64,000 nucleotides of DNA from Candidatus Melainabacteria bacterium 17Bon1m. GTDB lineage: Bacteria; Cyanobacteriota; Vampirovibrionia; Obscuribacterales; Obscuribacteraceae. Positions 8,781-18,590 of this stretch are shown here, in pieces (position 1 is the first letter of the stretch; every line of letters begins with the position of its first letter). A program made the position numbers and the translations under genes. The notes under the pieces were generated by a model, which saw only the letters and a program-made list of their open reading frames with translations, did not search any database and was not told the origin of the DNA. The stretch covers positions 952,974-1,016,973 of the forward strand of contig JAVLKG010000003.1 in NCBI GenBank assembly GCA_032128875.1, in the 5' to 3' direction.

Positions 8781-11000
8781 ATGAGCGATTCAAACTCTAA
8801 CCACAGTCCTCAGGACAGCGACCTCTACATAAAGACAGAGCAGTTGATTCACTTTCGACTTGCCTTCTCAGTCGTCAGTCTCGTTGTAGCCGTCTGCATT
8901 TCCTGGCTCGCGCGTGAGGAGCTGGAGATTTATGGTGTTGTCGCGATTATTCTCTTTGTCGTTTTTTATTCGGCGATTTTGCTCGGCGTACTCAATACTG
9001 GTGTCGCGGGCTCGGAGCGAACCCTCAAGCGTATCAACGCTAGTTTGCTCGGCTTCGATGTGGTGAGCCTGACGGGGCTCGTTCACTTCACACGCGGCGT
9101 CGAGTCAGAAGTTTACCTTTTGTATTTGCTGCCGATTTTGCTGTCCAGCTATACGTTTCAGCGCCGCGGTATTTTCACGACCGCGCTCTTTGTTTCGGTT
9201 TCATACACTTCTTTGCTCTTAATAGAAAACGCTGCTTTCCTGCCGTTTCTTGTCGAAAGCCAGTCCGATTCAGGTTTGGCTGCTGCCTACTCGCACCGCC
9301 TGTGGGGTCGCATAGTGGCGCGTTCTACAATGCTGGTTGCCGTAGCATTTGTGTGGGCTCGGTTTTGTCAGTACATGAGTGGAGTTGCTCAACAAGGCGC
9401 CAACCGGCTCCGCGAGCAGCTTGATAATAATACTCGCCTGATGGATGAACTGGAAGAAAAGGCGCGTCGTGAAAAAATGATCAATACGATCAACTCGGCA
9501 TTGCGCAGTACGCTCAACCTCAATCAGATTTTCGAGACCGCTGTAGACGAGCTTGCTCAGGCTTTAAAAGCGCCTGACTGCGCAATTATTTTGCCTGGCA
9601 GAAAGTTGAGTGACAAACCACTTATCGTTGAAGCGCAACTGGATTCTCCTCTGATTGCCGGTGCGCGCCAGGGTTTTGGCGATGGTGAAGAGGACGATGG
9701 CTTTGTTCCGCGCGAAGAAACTGGGCGCTTCGATCGCGCCTTGTGTGAATTTGTGCTCAAGCATAAATCAACTTACGAGAGGCGTGAAGACTCCGATGGA
9801 AAGCTGATGAAGACTTTCCTCTTCTTCGACCCTGCTCGCGATCCGGCTTTCTCGTCGATTTCGAATTCGCAAAGCCTCGCACAGATGAGTTCACTTATCG
9901 TACAGCCGATGATGTACGGCGAAGAGTCAAAGGGCGTGATTCTGATCGCCGACCGAGATACTCATCGTGCCTGGACTCCTGTCGAGTTAGAGCTGGTCAA
10001 ATCTGTCGCAGGTCAGGTCGCTGTTGCCGCTGAGCATGGCGAGCTAGTTGAGCAACTGTCGACGAAGAATGAAGACCTTTGGAATAAAAACCTCAATCTT
10101 GATGCGAAAAACCTTGAGTTGCGCGCTATTCAATCGCAACTCATCCACCAGGAAAAGATGGCATCGCTGGGGCGCCTGGTTGCAGGTATTGCGCATGAAT
10201 TGAACAACCCTATCAACTTCGTGCATGGCAACTTGCCTTATCTCAGAGAGTATTTTGAGGATCTGAAAAAACTTATCTCGGCGCTCGACGGTCTTTCCGG
10301 AGAGAACAAGCCGGCTGTAGATCAGCTTAAGGATTCGATGCGTTACGACTTCCTTATCACCGATCTCGATAACATCATCGCAGACTTGAATGAAGGCGCT
10401 GAGCGCATTCGATACATTATTCGAAATCTGAGAAGTTTCAGCCGTCTGGATGAAGCCGAGCTGAAAGAAGGCTCTGTGCGCGAAGGCATCGAGTCTACAT
10501 TGAAGATTCTTAGCCAGTATTACGGACGCGACAAAATCCCGGTCGAGACTGATTTTGCTGAACTGCCGCCGATTCTGTGTTATCCCGGTCAGCTCAACCA
10601 GGTTTGGATGAACCTCCTTTCCAACGCCGCGGAGGCGGTCTTGGGCACACCTTCGCCTCTTGTGACGGTGAAGACAGTTAAGGATGGCGAGCAGGTGCAA
10701 GTGACCATTTCGGATAACGGCAGCGGCATCCCCCCGGAAGTGCAAAGCAAAATTTTCGAGCCCTTCTACACGACGAAGCCGGTTGGACAGGGCACAGGGC
10801 TGGGCTTGTCCATTTGTCACTCGATAATGCAGCGCCACGGGGGCGAAATTTGGTGCGAATCAAAACCAAATGAAGGCACCAGCTTCATCCTCAAGATACC
10901 TATCTATACAAGCGCCTCCGATCTGGCGAAAGTCAGAAAGGGTGGGGATGGGGATTTTATTTTTGAACCAGCACTAAACCCGGCAATGGAGCCCGATTAA
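8781..11000 (+). CDS. Membrane GAF-domain sensor histidine kinase (NtrB-like)
   Basis: N-terminal TM helices, a GAF region, H-box IAHELNNP, N-box NLLSNA, and DNGSGI/GTGLGLSI. Confidence 0.92.
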   Translation: MSDSNSNHSPQDSDLYIKTEQLIHFRLAFSVVSLVVAVCISWLAREELEIYGVVAIILFVVFYSAILLGVLNTGVAGSERTLKRINASLLGFDVVSLTGLVHFTRGVESEVYLLYLLPILLSSYTFQRRGIFTTALFVSVSYTSLLLIENAAFLPFLVESQSDSGLAAAYSHRLWGRIVARSTMLVAVAFVWARFCQYMSGVAQQGANRLREQLDNNTRLMDELEEKARREKMINTINSALRSTLNLNQIFETAVDELAQALKAPDCAIILPGRKLSDKPLIVEAQLDSPLIAGARQGFGDGEEDDGFVPREETGRFDRALCEFVLKHKSTYERREDSDGKLMKTFLFFDPARDPAFSSISNSQSLAQMSSLIVQPMMYGEESKGVILIADRDTHRAWTPVELELVKSVAGQVAVAAEHGELVEQLSTKNEDLWNKNLNLDAKNLELRAIQSQLIHQEKMASLGRLVAGIAHELNNPINFVHGNLPYLREYFEDLKKLISALDGLSGENKPAVDQLKDSMRYDFLITDLDNIIADLNEGAERIRYIIRNLRSFSRLDEAELKEGSVREGIESTLKILSQYYGRDKIPVETDFAELPPILCYPGQLNQVWMNLLSNAAEAVLGTPSPLVTVKTVKDGEQVQVTISDNGSGIPPEVQSKIFEPFYTTKPVGQGTGLGLSICHSIMQRHGGEIWCESKPNEGTSFILKIPIYTSASDLAKVRKGGDGDFIFEPALNPAMEPD

Positions 11001-11044
11001 TTTCTACTTCCACTTATTTCCGAATGTTGATATAAACTTGAGTA

Positions 11045-12178
11045 ATGGCAATGCGTCACAAGATACTGCTCGTCGATGACGAAGAGGCGAACGTCCGCCT
11101 CCTTAAGCGCGTACTCAGCGATGAGTACGACACTGTCGAGGCTTTGAGCGGTCAAGACGGGCTCAACCTGCTGAAAGAGCATGACATCAGCCTGATTATT
11201 ACCGACCAGCGTATGCCTGGTATGACGGGCGTTCAGCTTTTGAAAGAATCGCTGGCGATTCGACCGGATGCCATGCGCATTTTGCTCACGGGCTACACAG
11301 ACGTGCAGGCGCTCATCGATGCTATCAACAGCGGTCATGTTTACAAATATGTGCCGAAGCCGTGGGACAGGGACGAATTGAGAGTCACTGTTCGAAGGGC
11401 AATTGAAACTTACGAACTGAAGCAGCGCAATACTCAGCTTGTCCAAGACCTCACCGGCGCGCTTTCTCAGCTCGAAGAGGTATCCCTCGGTACGATTCGC
11501 GCTTTGGCAGATGCGCTCGACGCGAAGTGCGATTACACCTCAGGGCACAGCCTGCGGGTCTCGCAGTATGCTCTTTTAATTGGCAAAAATATGGGGCTGA
11601 CGCCGGAAGAATTGCGCGACCTTGAATTGGGTGGCATTCTTCATGACATCGGCAAGATTGGCGTGCCAGAATCAATTCTCTGGAAGCCGGCAAAGCTCAC
11701 TGCGGAAGAAACCGCAATCATGGCTGAACACCCTGTTAAGAGCGCGCAGATTATTGGTGATTTGCCGAGTCTGCAAAAAGCAAAGCGTTTTGTCATGCAC
11801 CACCATGAATTTATGGATGGCTCCGGCTATCCCGATAAACTGGCTGGCGACGACATTCCGCTTGGCGCACGTATTATTTTGGTCGCCGATGCGTATGATG
11901 CTATGACCAGCGATAGACCCTATCGCAAGGCAATCGGGCACGAGCGCGCTATTCAAGAACTGAAGAAGTGCGCAGGAAGGCAATTTGATCCGAAGATTGT
12001 CGAAGTGTTAGTGCGCGTTCTGGGTGAGGGGGCTGAGCCTAATCCGCATGAACTGCCGTCGAGCCACCTGGGTGTTCAACTCGCTTCAATAGATCCAAAA
12101 CAGACCGGGCGACAATTTCTGCGGGAAGCTGAACGGCTGGCGCGCCAGGATAAAGAAAACTCGCCTGCTTCATTGTAG
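11045..12178 (+). CDS. Response regulator with HD-GYP phosphodiesterase domain
   Basis: Receiver domain (LLVDD, DQRMP, KPW) plus HDIGKIG, HHEFMDGSGYP and DAYDAMTSDRPY. Confidence 0.93.
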   Translation: MAMRHKILLVDDEEANVRLLKRVLSDEYDTVEALSGQDGLNLLKEHDISLIITDQRMPGMTGVQLLKESLAIRPDAMRILLTGYTDVQALIDAINSGHVYKYVPKPWDRDELRVTVRRAIETYELKQRNTQLVQDLTGALSQLEEVSLGTIRALADALDAKCDYTSGHSLRVSQYALLIGKNMGLTPEELRDLELGGILHDIGKIGVPESILWKPAKLTAEETAIMAEHPVKSAQIIGDLPSLQKAKRFVMHHHEFMDGSGYPDKLAGDDIPLGARIILVADAYDAMTSDRPYRKAIGHERAIQELKKCAGRQFDPKIVEVLVRVLGEGAEPNPHELPSSHLGVQLASIDPKQTGRQFLREAERLARQDKENSPASL

Positions 12179-13262
12179 TTTCTGCTCCTGATGCAGTCTC
12201 CGAACTACCGATAGCATTCTCGCCCTTTGCTGATAGTTTTTCCTTTCGCAGCACCACGAAGTGTTCCACTCCCGGCGGTACCAGAACAGCCTCGTTGGTA
12301 GGCCCAAACAACGCTACAGTTGGCTTGTCGAGCGCGATTGCCAGATGCATCGGTGCAGAGTCGACGCAAACAGTCAGATCGCAAATATCAATCAGACCAA
12401 CCAGATCTTTCAAGCTGCGTGTTTGTCCGTACGTCGAAATCGCTCTGCTGCCTGGCTTTAACTGTGCGTTGATTTGTTCTATTGCTTCTTTGTCGTCTGG
12501 TCCGCCCGCGAGAATGACGTCCACATCAGGTTCTTTCTCGAGTAGCTCAGCGAGTTTGCACCAGTTTTCTGCAGGCCAGGTTTTGTTCAGTCCTTTGAGA
12601 ATGGCAAGGCGGCTGGTTCCTGGGTGGAAGAGCACACGCTTTCTGTTGTCTGAATTGCCGGTTTTCTCTGGAGAGTTTTTCTTGTCGTCGCTTTTCTCGT
12701 TGCTGCTTTTCTCCTTGCCTTGTTTCTCGCTCCAAAGTTTTTGGAGCAAGCTTTCCATGGATGTTTTCTCTGCCGCACCGGCTTTTATCCGTGGTACCGC
12801 CGGCAGTGCAGCCGAAGCGCCAGACATTTTCAGAATCAGATCGTGATACATCTTGCCCGCATACTGACTCCTGTTGAGCGGCATGGGGTCAGTAAGAAGA
12901 TAAGGTGCAAGGCGATTTGAGTTGTAGCCGATGCGTCGAGGAATTCCAGACAAGAAAAGCAGACCCGAAACCATCGGCGAGCTGCCGGACGAAACCACCA
13001 TGTCGTAATCGCCCGCGCGCAGCATGGTAATAAGCTGAATCAAATCTGAGGCGACTAATGGCCGTTTTTTGATGTCAAATGTAACTACTTCGTCAACCAA
13101 ATCAGTGATTACGCCGATTCCTGCTGAGCGTGGCTCAACTAATAAAGTGATTTTCGCGTCCGGATAGGTTGCGCGAATTCCTTCTAACGTAGGCAGGAAG
13201 AGGACTTCGTCGCCTATTCCGCCGAAGTTGATTGTGAGAATTTTGGATGGTGTATTCGTCAA
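12039..13262 (-). CDS. Glycosyltransferase family 9 (heptosyltransferase-like)
   Basis: GGIGDEV, HPG, KTWP and DSAPMHLA..L..PTVALFGPT. Confidence 0.88.
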   Translation of the reverse strand: MTNTPSKILTINFGGIGDEVLFLPTLEGIRATYPDAKITLLVEPRSAGIGVITDLVDEVVTFDIKKRPLVASDLIQLITMLRAGDYDMVVSSGSSPMVSGLLFLSGIPRRIGYNSNRLAPYLLTDPMPLNRSQYAGKMYHDLILKMSGASAALPAVPRIKAGAAEKTSMESLLQKLWSEKQGKEKSSNEKSDDKKNSPEKTGNSDNRKRVLFHPGTSRLAILKGLNKTWPAENWCKLAELLEKEPDVDVILAGGPDDKEAIEQINAQLKPGSRAISTYGQTRSLKDLVGLIDICDLTVCVDSAPMHLAIALDKPTVALFGPTNEAVLVPPGVEHFVVLRKEKLSAKGENAIGSSETASGAETTMKQASFLYPGAPAVQLPAEIVARSVLDLLKRVEHPGGSTAVHAD

Positions 13263-13305
13263 GTAGCTGTATCTCAGGCACAGTGACCGCTGGACGAATA
13301 TAATA

Positions 13306-14541
13306 ATGCAGTTGGCATCTCAGGAATCGGCTTTGCGGTCCCCAAATTGGTCTCTCATTATTATTGCGGCAGCTCTGGTCGGGGTTGTCGTCGGTTATAT
13401 CTACACGCTGATTGCGAAGCCGCAGTTGCTTCCTCCTGTCTTGCGCATCGGCGCTCTGCGCGAGCCCATGACCGTGCTGGTCTTGGGCACCGACGTAGTC
13501 TACTCAGATCGTGGACGCAATCTCAAAGCCGATAAGGACGCTTTTACGGGGCGCTCGGACACGATTATGGTCTGCCGCCTTGATCCTTATAGGAATTCAT
13601 TGGGCGTACTTTCTATTCCTAGAGACACGCAGGTCCGAATTAGTGGGTATGGAACGCAGAAGATCAACGCAGCCAATGCTTTGGGCGGTCCGTATTTAGC
13701 GCAGACCACCGTCAGCCAGTTTCTCGGTATTCCAATCGATCATTACATTGTGCTCAATGTTCATGGTCTCGTTGACCTCGTCAACGAACTGGGCGGCATC
13801 ACGATCGATATTCCTAAGAAAATGCAATATATGGATTGGACCGCCAAACTCAAAATCGACCTCGAGCCCGGAGTGCACACGCTCACTGGAAACCAGGCGA
13901 TGGGCTTTGTCAGGTTCCGTCATGACGCCCTTGGCGACATCGGTCGTGTTCAGAGGCAAGAACTTTTCATGCGTGCCGTGCTAGACCGTGCAATGAAACC
14001 AGAGTCCTGGAGCCATATTCCGCGCTTGCTGGAGATCGCCCAGAGATATATCAATACTGATATGAGCGCTGGCGATTTGATGATGCTTGCGCAATATGCG
14101 CGCGGAGTGCCCAAGGCTAACCAGTTCATGGCGATGATGCCCGGCAATTTTTCCGGCTCTGGTGATTGGGATGTGTCAAAGAGCGATGTTCGCCGAATGG
14201 TGGCTCGATTGACCGGCTCTGCGTTTGTCACGGCAGAGAAGGAAGAGATGCGTATTGCCGTGGAGAATGCCAGCGCGACTAAAGGCTTGGGCAACAAGCT
14301 GGCGAAGCTGTTGCGCGAACGCGGTTATCGACATGTATTCGTGAGAGCTAGTAATGATGAGCGTCCATCGAGTTTGAAACGAACCCGTATCATTGCGCAG
14401 AAGGGCAACCCTGAAGATGCAGAGGTCGTGAAAGCTGATTTGCAGTCACACGGAGACATAGTCACAGCATCCGTTGGCGATATTGAGAGCTCTGTAACCA
14501 TCATGGTCGGAGACGACCTTGCACCTGTGCTGGCAGACTAG
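13306..14541 (+). CDS. LCP (LytR-CpsA-Psr) family protein with LytR_C domain
   Basis: One TM helix, LVLGTD, RSDTIM, SIPRDT, KINAA and FVRFRHDALGDIGRVQRQ. Confidence 0.92.
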   Translation: MQLASQESALRSPNWSLIIIAAALVGVVVGYIYTLIAKPQLLPPVLRIGALREPMTVLVLGTDVVYSDRGRNLKADKDAFTGRSDTIMVCRLDPYRNSLGVLSIPRDTQVRISGYGTQKINAANALGGPYLAQTTVSQFLGIPIDHYIVLNVHGLVDLVNELGGITIDIPKKMQYMDWTAKLKIDLEPGVHTLTGNQAMGFVRFRHDALGDIGRVQRQELFMRAVLDRAMKPESWSHIPRLLEIAQRYINTDMSAGDLMMLAQYARGVPKANQFMAMMPGNFSGSGDWDVSKSDVRRMVARLTGSAFVTAEKEEMRIAVENASATKGLGNKLAKLLRERGYRHVFVRASNDERPSSLKRTRIIAQKGNPEDAEVVKADLQSHGDIVTASVGDIESSVTIMVGDDLAPVLAD

Positions 14542-15000
14542 CAAGTCCTTCATCGAGTTTGATGCCTTCGCGAATGCCGATGGATAGTCGCTCTTGTGCC
14601 CTTTCGAGCGGTTAGTTTGCGTTATGTTTCTGAACCAACTGCTGCGACGCTGATTGTTAGCTGCGTGTTAGATCTCTCAAGATATGCATGTTGCCTGCTT
14701 TGTAGCTGTGAAGCGCTTCTTCATTATTTTCCACTACATTGCAATCGTAAAAGTTTTCTCTTACAAAAATGGCACCGGCTTAATATGGCGAGTGGGAAAA
14801 CCCCCACTGCCACAGCCTTTGCGGTTTTGCAGTTACGGGAATTGTTCAGAGAATATTATGATTCCTCTTGAAATACTCCCATCAACGTACGATGACGTGG
14901 TGTACAGTATTGGAGTCGGCGTTTCACTGCGCCGCGCCCCTCCCAATTTTTCTTCCTCAATTCAACTAAGTTTCGGGCGAACTAGAAAGGCAGGCATCAC

Positions 15001-15234
15001 ATGATTCATTACGTATATGCAACTCGCGGAGGATATCTCTACCAGGTCGGACGTCATAATCACAAACCTGCTGTAGAGAATGCCGGAGAATTCGTACTCT
15101 CCGTTCCCGAGAAGACCTCACAATCTCAAATCGATACACTCGCTCACCGTCAATTTATGGATCACCTCCGTAGACCCAGAAAAGTAGAGCACAACAGACA
15201 CAACACCGAGCGCGAACTCGCCTCAGTCAAATAA
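15001..15234 (+). CDS. Small hypothetical protein (77 aa)
   Basis: SD-like AGAAAGG upstream and its own terminator downstream. Confidence 0.6.
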   Translation: MIHYVYATRGGYLYQVGRHNHKPAVENAGEFVLSVPEKTSQSQIDTLAHRQFMDHLRRPRKVEHNRHNTERELASVK

Positions 15235-15272
15235 CAGTCAGCCTGCCTGATAGAAGAAAACCAATACTGAAC

Positions 15273-15307
15273 CGCCCGCCCTGTTTATAGAGCGGGCGTT
15301 TTCTTTT
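15273..15307 (+). terminator. Intrinsic terminator
   Basis: CGCCCGC..GCGGGCG hairpin followed by TTTTCTTTT. Confidence 0.75.
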
Positions 15308-15797
15308 GTGTTGAAACCTTGCACTTAGCAGTTTTGGGGACGCTCTTGCGTTTTACTTGTGCCACCACCGGTGATGCTTTTCGTGTTATGACATGGGAGC
15401 GCCTGTAGCTCGCCGGCTTCTTAATCTTCGTTCGACCGATCCTCTATGGCCGAGGAGTTGACACTTCGACCAAACCCGTTGCACCCAATTACTCAAATCC
15501 AGACCCTTGACCGAAACTTTCGAGTTAGCGGGTGACTGCGAAAACCATACTATTGAGGGTGAATATTCCTCCTTGCACGTGATGCCAGAACGTGGTCCTC
15601 GATGCCAAGATTAAAATGGCAGGCATGAGACTCAGAACCGCAGCTGAGTCAGTTACCAGGATTTTTCCTGTGGGCAGTCTTAAAATGACATAATAGAGTG
15701 GGAATATAAAGGTACGGCCCACCGACTGTTCAAAACGGGCCACGAAGACTGGGTTTGACTGACTGGCAAAGCCAAACACAAGCGACTAAAGGAAGGG

Positions 15798-16331
15798 ATG
15801 GAAATGCGTTCACGTAAAAGAAATCGGGCGTCGGGCTTCACTCTTATTGAGTTGCTCGTTGTTGTAATCATTATCGGTATCCTCGCAGCAATCGCGCTCC
15901 CGAACTTTATTGGCGCCCAGGATAAGGCCCGTGAAGCATCGGTCAAAGCCAACATGCGTACCGCTCAAATTGCCGCAGAGTCCTTCGCTACTGACTCAGC
16001 TGGCACCTATCCCGCAAGCGAAAGCGATAATGGCTACAAGAGCTACTTCCCAGGTGGAAGCAGCGACCAGACCGGCACTACGGCTGGCAACATGCCTGTA
16101 AATCCTTTCAAAGGCTCGCCTGATCCGCTTGTTCAAGCTCCCATATCGTCCACTATCGCTGCTGCTCGCACCGCCGGCGGCAGTTTGGGCGCCCCCGGAG
16201 CTGTCGGCTACAAAGCTGTCCCCGATGCTCAAGGTAATAACACCTCATATGGCGTTATGGGCGGCAACAAAAGCGGTAACGCTCTTTCCGGAACCACCGC
16301 AGGCACATTCTTAGTTCTGTCGAACCAATAA
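15798..16331 (+). CDS. Type IV pilin / pseudopilin
   Basis: Prepilin motif G|FTLIELLVVVIIIGILAAIALPNF after a basic leader. Confidence 0.92.
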   Translation: MEMRSRKRNRASGFTLIELLVVVIIIGILAAIALPNFIGAQDKAREASVKANMRTAQIAAESFATDSAGTYPASESDNGYKSYFPGGSSDQTGTTAGNMPVNPFKGSPDPLVQAPISSTIAAARTAGGSLGAPGAVGYKAVPDAQGNNTSYGVMGGNKSGNALSGTTAGTFLVLSNQ

Positions 16332-16378
16332 TCCCGTCTGTCTCGTTCGCGTGACGCAGGGTGAAAGGCTCCGCGGAA

Positions 16379-17131
16379 ATGTTTTCAAATAACGGCTGGC
16401 TGATCAGAGCAATACTTGTGTTGCTGATGTTCGCCGCCGTTACTGTTTCTCACTGGGGTCTATGCGAGCTGACTCGGGAGACGAAGTTCCTTGTTCCCTC
16501 GTCACGCGAGCCCATTTTGCTGAAGCCGGAAGTCGTGAAGCTCTTTTGCCTCGGGCATGAGCAGCTGGCTGCCGATCTCTATTGGTTGCGGTTCATTCAA
16601 TACATTGGTGACGGAGCCGCTCGCCGTACGGACAAATACGAGAACGCGTATGATTATTTAGACCTGGTGACGTCGCTCGACCCTCGTTTTACTCAGCCGT
16701 ACTGGTTCGCAGCCTTCGTGGTGGGCGCTGAGATGAAACGGCCGGATCTTGCTCAAAAACTCATTGAGCGAGGCATCCAGGCGAATCAGAACAATTGGTA
16801 TTTGCCTTTTATCGCGGGCATAAACCAATATCTGTTTGCCCATAATGAGGCAGCGGCCGCAAGTTATTACAGGCTGGCAGCTAAGTTTCCGGATTCACCC
16901 AAGTGGCTGGGTCGACAGGCAGAGATTCTTCAAGCGAAGATTCCATCCCTTGTTAAAGAAGTGAACACCTGGGACACGATTTATAGAACCAGTACCGACC
17001 AATTAGTGAAAGAGCGTGCCAAGGAGCGTCTTGCCGCTACATGGATGCGAGTTTTTAAGGTCTCTCCTAGTGAAGAGATTCGCAAGAAGGCACGAAAAGC
17101 GCTTGCAGAGCTGGGAGTGGAAGTTCGTTAG
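16379..17131 (+). CDS. Membrane-anchored TPR-like hypothetical protein (pilin-adjacent)
   Basis: N-terminal TM, ADLYWLRFIQY...LDP.F...Y pattern and helical repeats. Confidence 0.65.
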   Translation: MFSNNGWLIRAILVLLMFAAVTVSHWGLCELTRETKFLVPSSREPILLKPEVVKLFCLGHEQLAADLYWLRFIQYIGDGAARRTDKYENAYDYLDLVTSLDPRFTQPYWFAAFVVGAEMKRPDLAQKLIERGIQANQNNWYLPFIAGINQYLFAHNEAAAASYYRLAAKFPDSPKWLGRQAEILQAKIPSLVKEVNTWDTIYRTSTDQLVKERAKERLAATWMRVFKVSPSEEIRKKARKALAELGVEVR

Positions 17132-17139
17132 CGTAGAGC

Positions 17140-17218
17140 GTAGGGGCGTGTTGCACACGCCCGTTTTGTAGGGGCGATGCCATGCATCGCCCGTGGGCGG
17201 CATGTATGCCGCCCCTAC
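17140..17218. repeat. Cluster of GTAG-type REP-like palindromes
   Basis: GTAGGGGCGTGTTGCACACGCCC, GTAGGGGCGATGCCATGCATCGCCC and GGGCGGCATGTATGCCGCCCCTAC. Confidence 0.8.
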
Positions 17219-17287
17219 AGTTGTATCCCCCTCAGCGCTTCAAACCCGGATGCTAAGATCAAGGCGTATCTATCTGGGAGAAACGCC

Positions 17288-18163
17288 GTGAAATTCGGAG
17301 AATTCGAGCTTTCAATTGTTCGAGAATGTACTTTCAAGCTAGATGGCGGCGCCATGTTCGGTGTTGTTCCAAAGACGCTCTGGAATAAGCTGTCTCCAGC
17401 CGATGAGCAAAATCGCGTCGAGATGCATTGCAACTTGCTTTTGATTGAAACACCGAAAGGAAAAGTTCTTGTAGAAACAGGAATGGGTGATCGATGGAGT
17501 CAGAAAGAAGCTGAACGCTATGGTCTGACATCGCTGGTAAAACCGGCAACAATGCTTGAGTCTGTCGGTGTTTCTAACGACGAAATAGACTACGTTATCA
17601 TCTCTCACTTGCACTTCGATCATGCAGGTGGTGGCACCATATTGAAAGATGGAAAGTTGGTCCCGACCTTTCCAAATGCTAAGTACATAGTTCAAAAAGG
17701 TGAATGGGAATTCGCATACAAAGCCAATGCGCGCGCGAAAGCGAGCTACAGATTTGAAGATTTCGAACCGTGGAAAGAACATGGAAATTTGAACCTTGTC
17801 GATGGTGATTACGAAGTTATCCCTGGCGTTGAAGTTCGCGTAACCGGCGGACATACCAGCCATCACCAAGTTGTTTACTTCGAATCCGGCCCTGAAAAAG
17901 GCGTTTACTTCGCCGACATCATGCCCACTAAGAGCCATGTGTCTCCGCCTTGGGTTATGGGATACGACCACTATCCTTTAGCAAGTTGTGATGTTAAGAA
18001 TGAATGGTTGACTAAAGCAGCCGCTGAAAACTGGCTCGTTGTGTTTGATCACGAACTGGGAACTCCCTGGGGCAGAGTCAAACTCGTCGACGGCAAGAAA
18101 TTCGAATTCGAGGCATTACCTGTGGAATCACTTGAGCCAAAGCGCAAAATCGCTGCGGTGTAA
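17288..18163 (+). CDS. MBL-fold metallo-hydrolase (YtnP-like)
   Basis: FKLDGGAMFGVVPK, SHLHFDHAGG and GHT; GTG start at 17288 with GGGAG SD. Confidence 0.9.
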   Translation: MKFGEFELSIVRECTFKLDGGAMFGVVPKTLWNKLSPADEQNRVEMHCNLLLIETPKGKVLVETGMGDRWSQKEAERYGLTSLVKPATMLESVGVSNDEIDYVIISHLHFDHAGGGTILKDGKLVPTFPNAKYIVQKGEWEFAYKANARAKASYRFEDFEPWKEHGNLNLVDGDYEVIPGVEVRVTGGHTSHHQVVYFESGPEKGVYFADIMPTKSHVSPPWVMGYDHYPLASCDVKNEWLTKAAAENWLVVFDHELGTPWGRVKLVDGKKFEFEALPVESLEPKRKIAAV

Positions 18164-18188
18164 ATGGCTTCTTGTTCTTGCGGTGCTC

Positions 18189-18590
18189 GTGAAAACCTAC
18201 TTCAAAGCTTTAGCAGTTTTGGTTTTTGTCGTTCTATTGGGTGCAGGCTCTCTTGCTTGGGTATTCCTAGATATGACTACCGGGCACGTCGTTGTTGAGA
18301 ATTGCACGGACGAATGCCTTGCGGACTGCACTTTAGTTTTGCCAGGGGCAAGGACAAAATTCGAGAACATCATGCCTGGCTACACGCGAGACCTTTGGTT
18401 TACTGCCGAACGAGATGGTGAGTACCATATTGCAGTTACATTCTCATCAGGAGCAAAACTGGTCGACGATGTCGGGTATGTGACGCCAAATCTTGGAAAT
18501 AGAGATCGTCTTATTGTGTCTAACGACCAAATCAAGCTGGTTTGCGACAGATTTCCCTCAATTGCAGACGTTTTTCGCAGATTTAGATAA
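18189..18590 (+). CDS. Hypothetical membrane-anchored protein
   Basis: N-terminal hydrophobic helix; start uncertain. Confidence 0.55.
   Translation: MKTYFKALAVLVFVVLLGAGSLAWVFLDMTTGHVVVENCTDECLADCTLVLPGARTKFENIMPGYTRDLWFTAERDGEYHIAVTFSSGAKLVDDVGYVTPNLGNRDRLIVSNDQIKLVCDRFPSIADVFRRFR

Noticed and set aside
15530-15797. c-di-GMP or other riboswitch upstream of the pilin
   Set aside because: Several short stems and a GGCAAAGCC are present, but I could not build the conserved aptamer architecture.
17177-17287. N-terminal extension of the MBL hydrolase
   Set aside because: It runs through REP palindromes; GTG 17288 has an SD and matches the family start.
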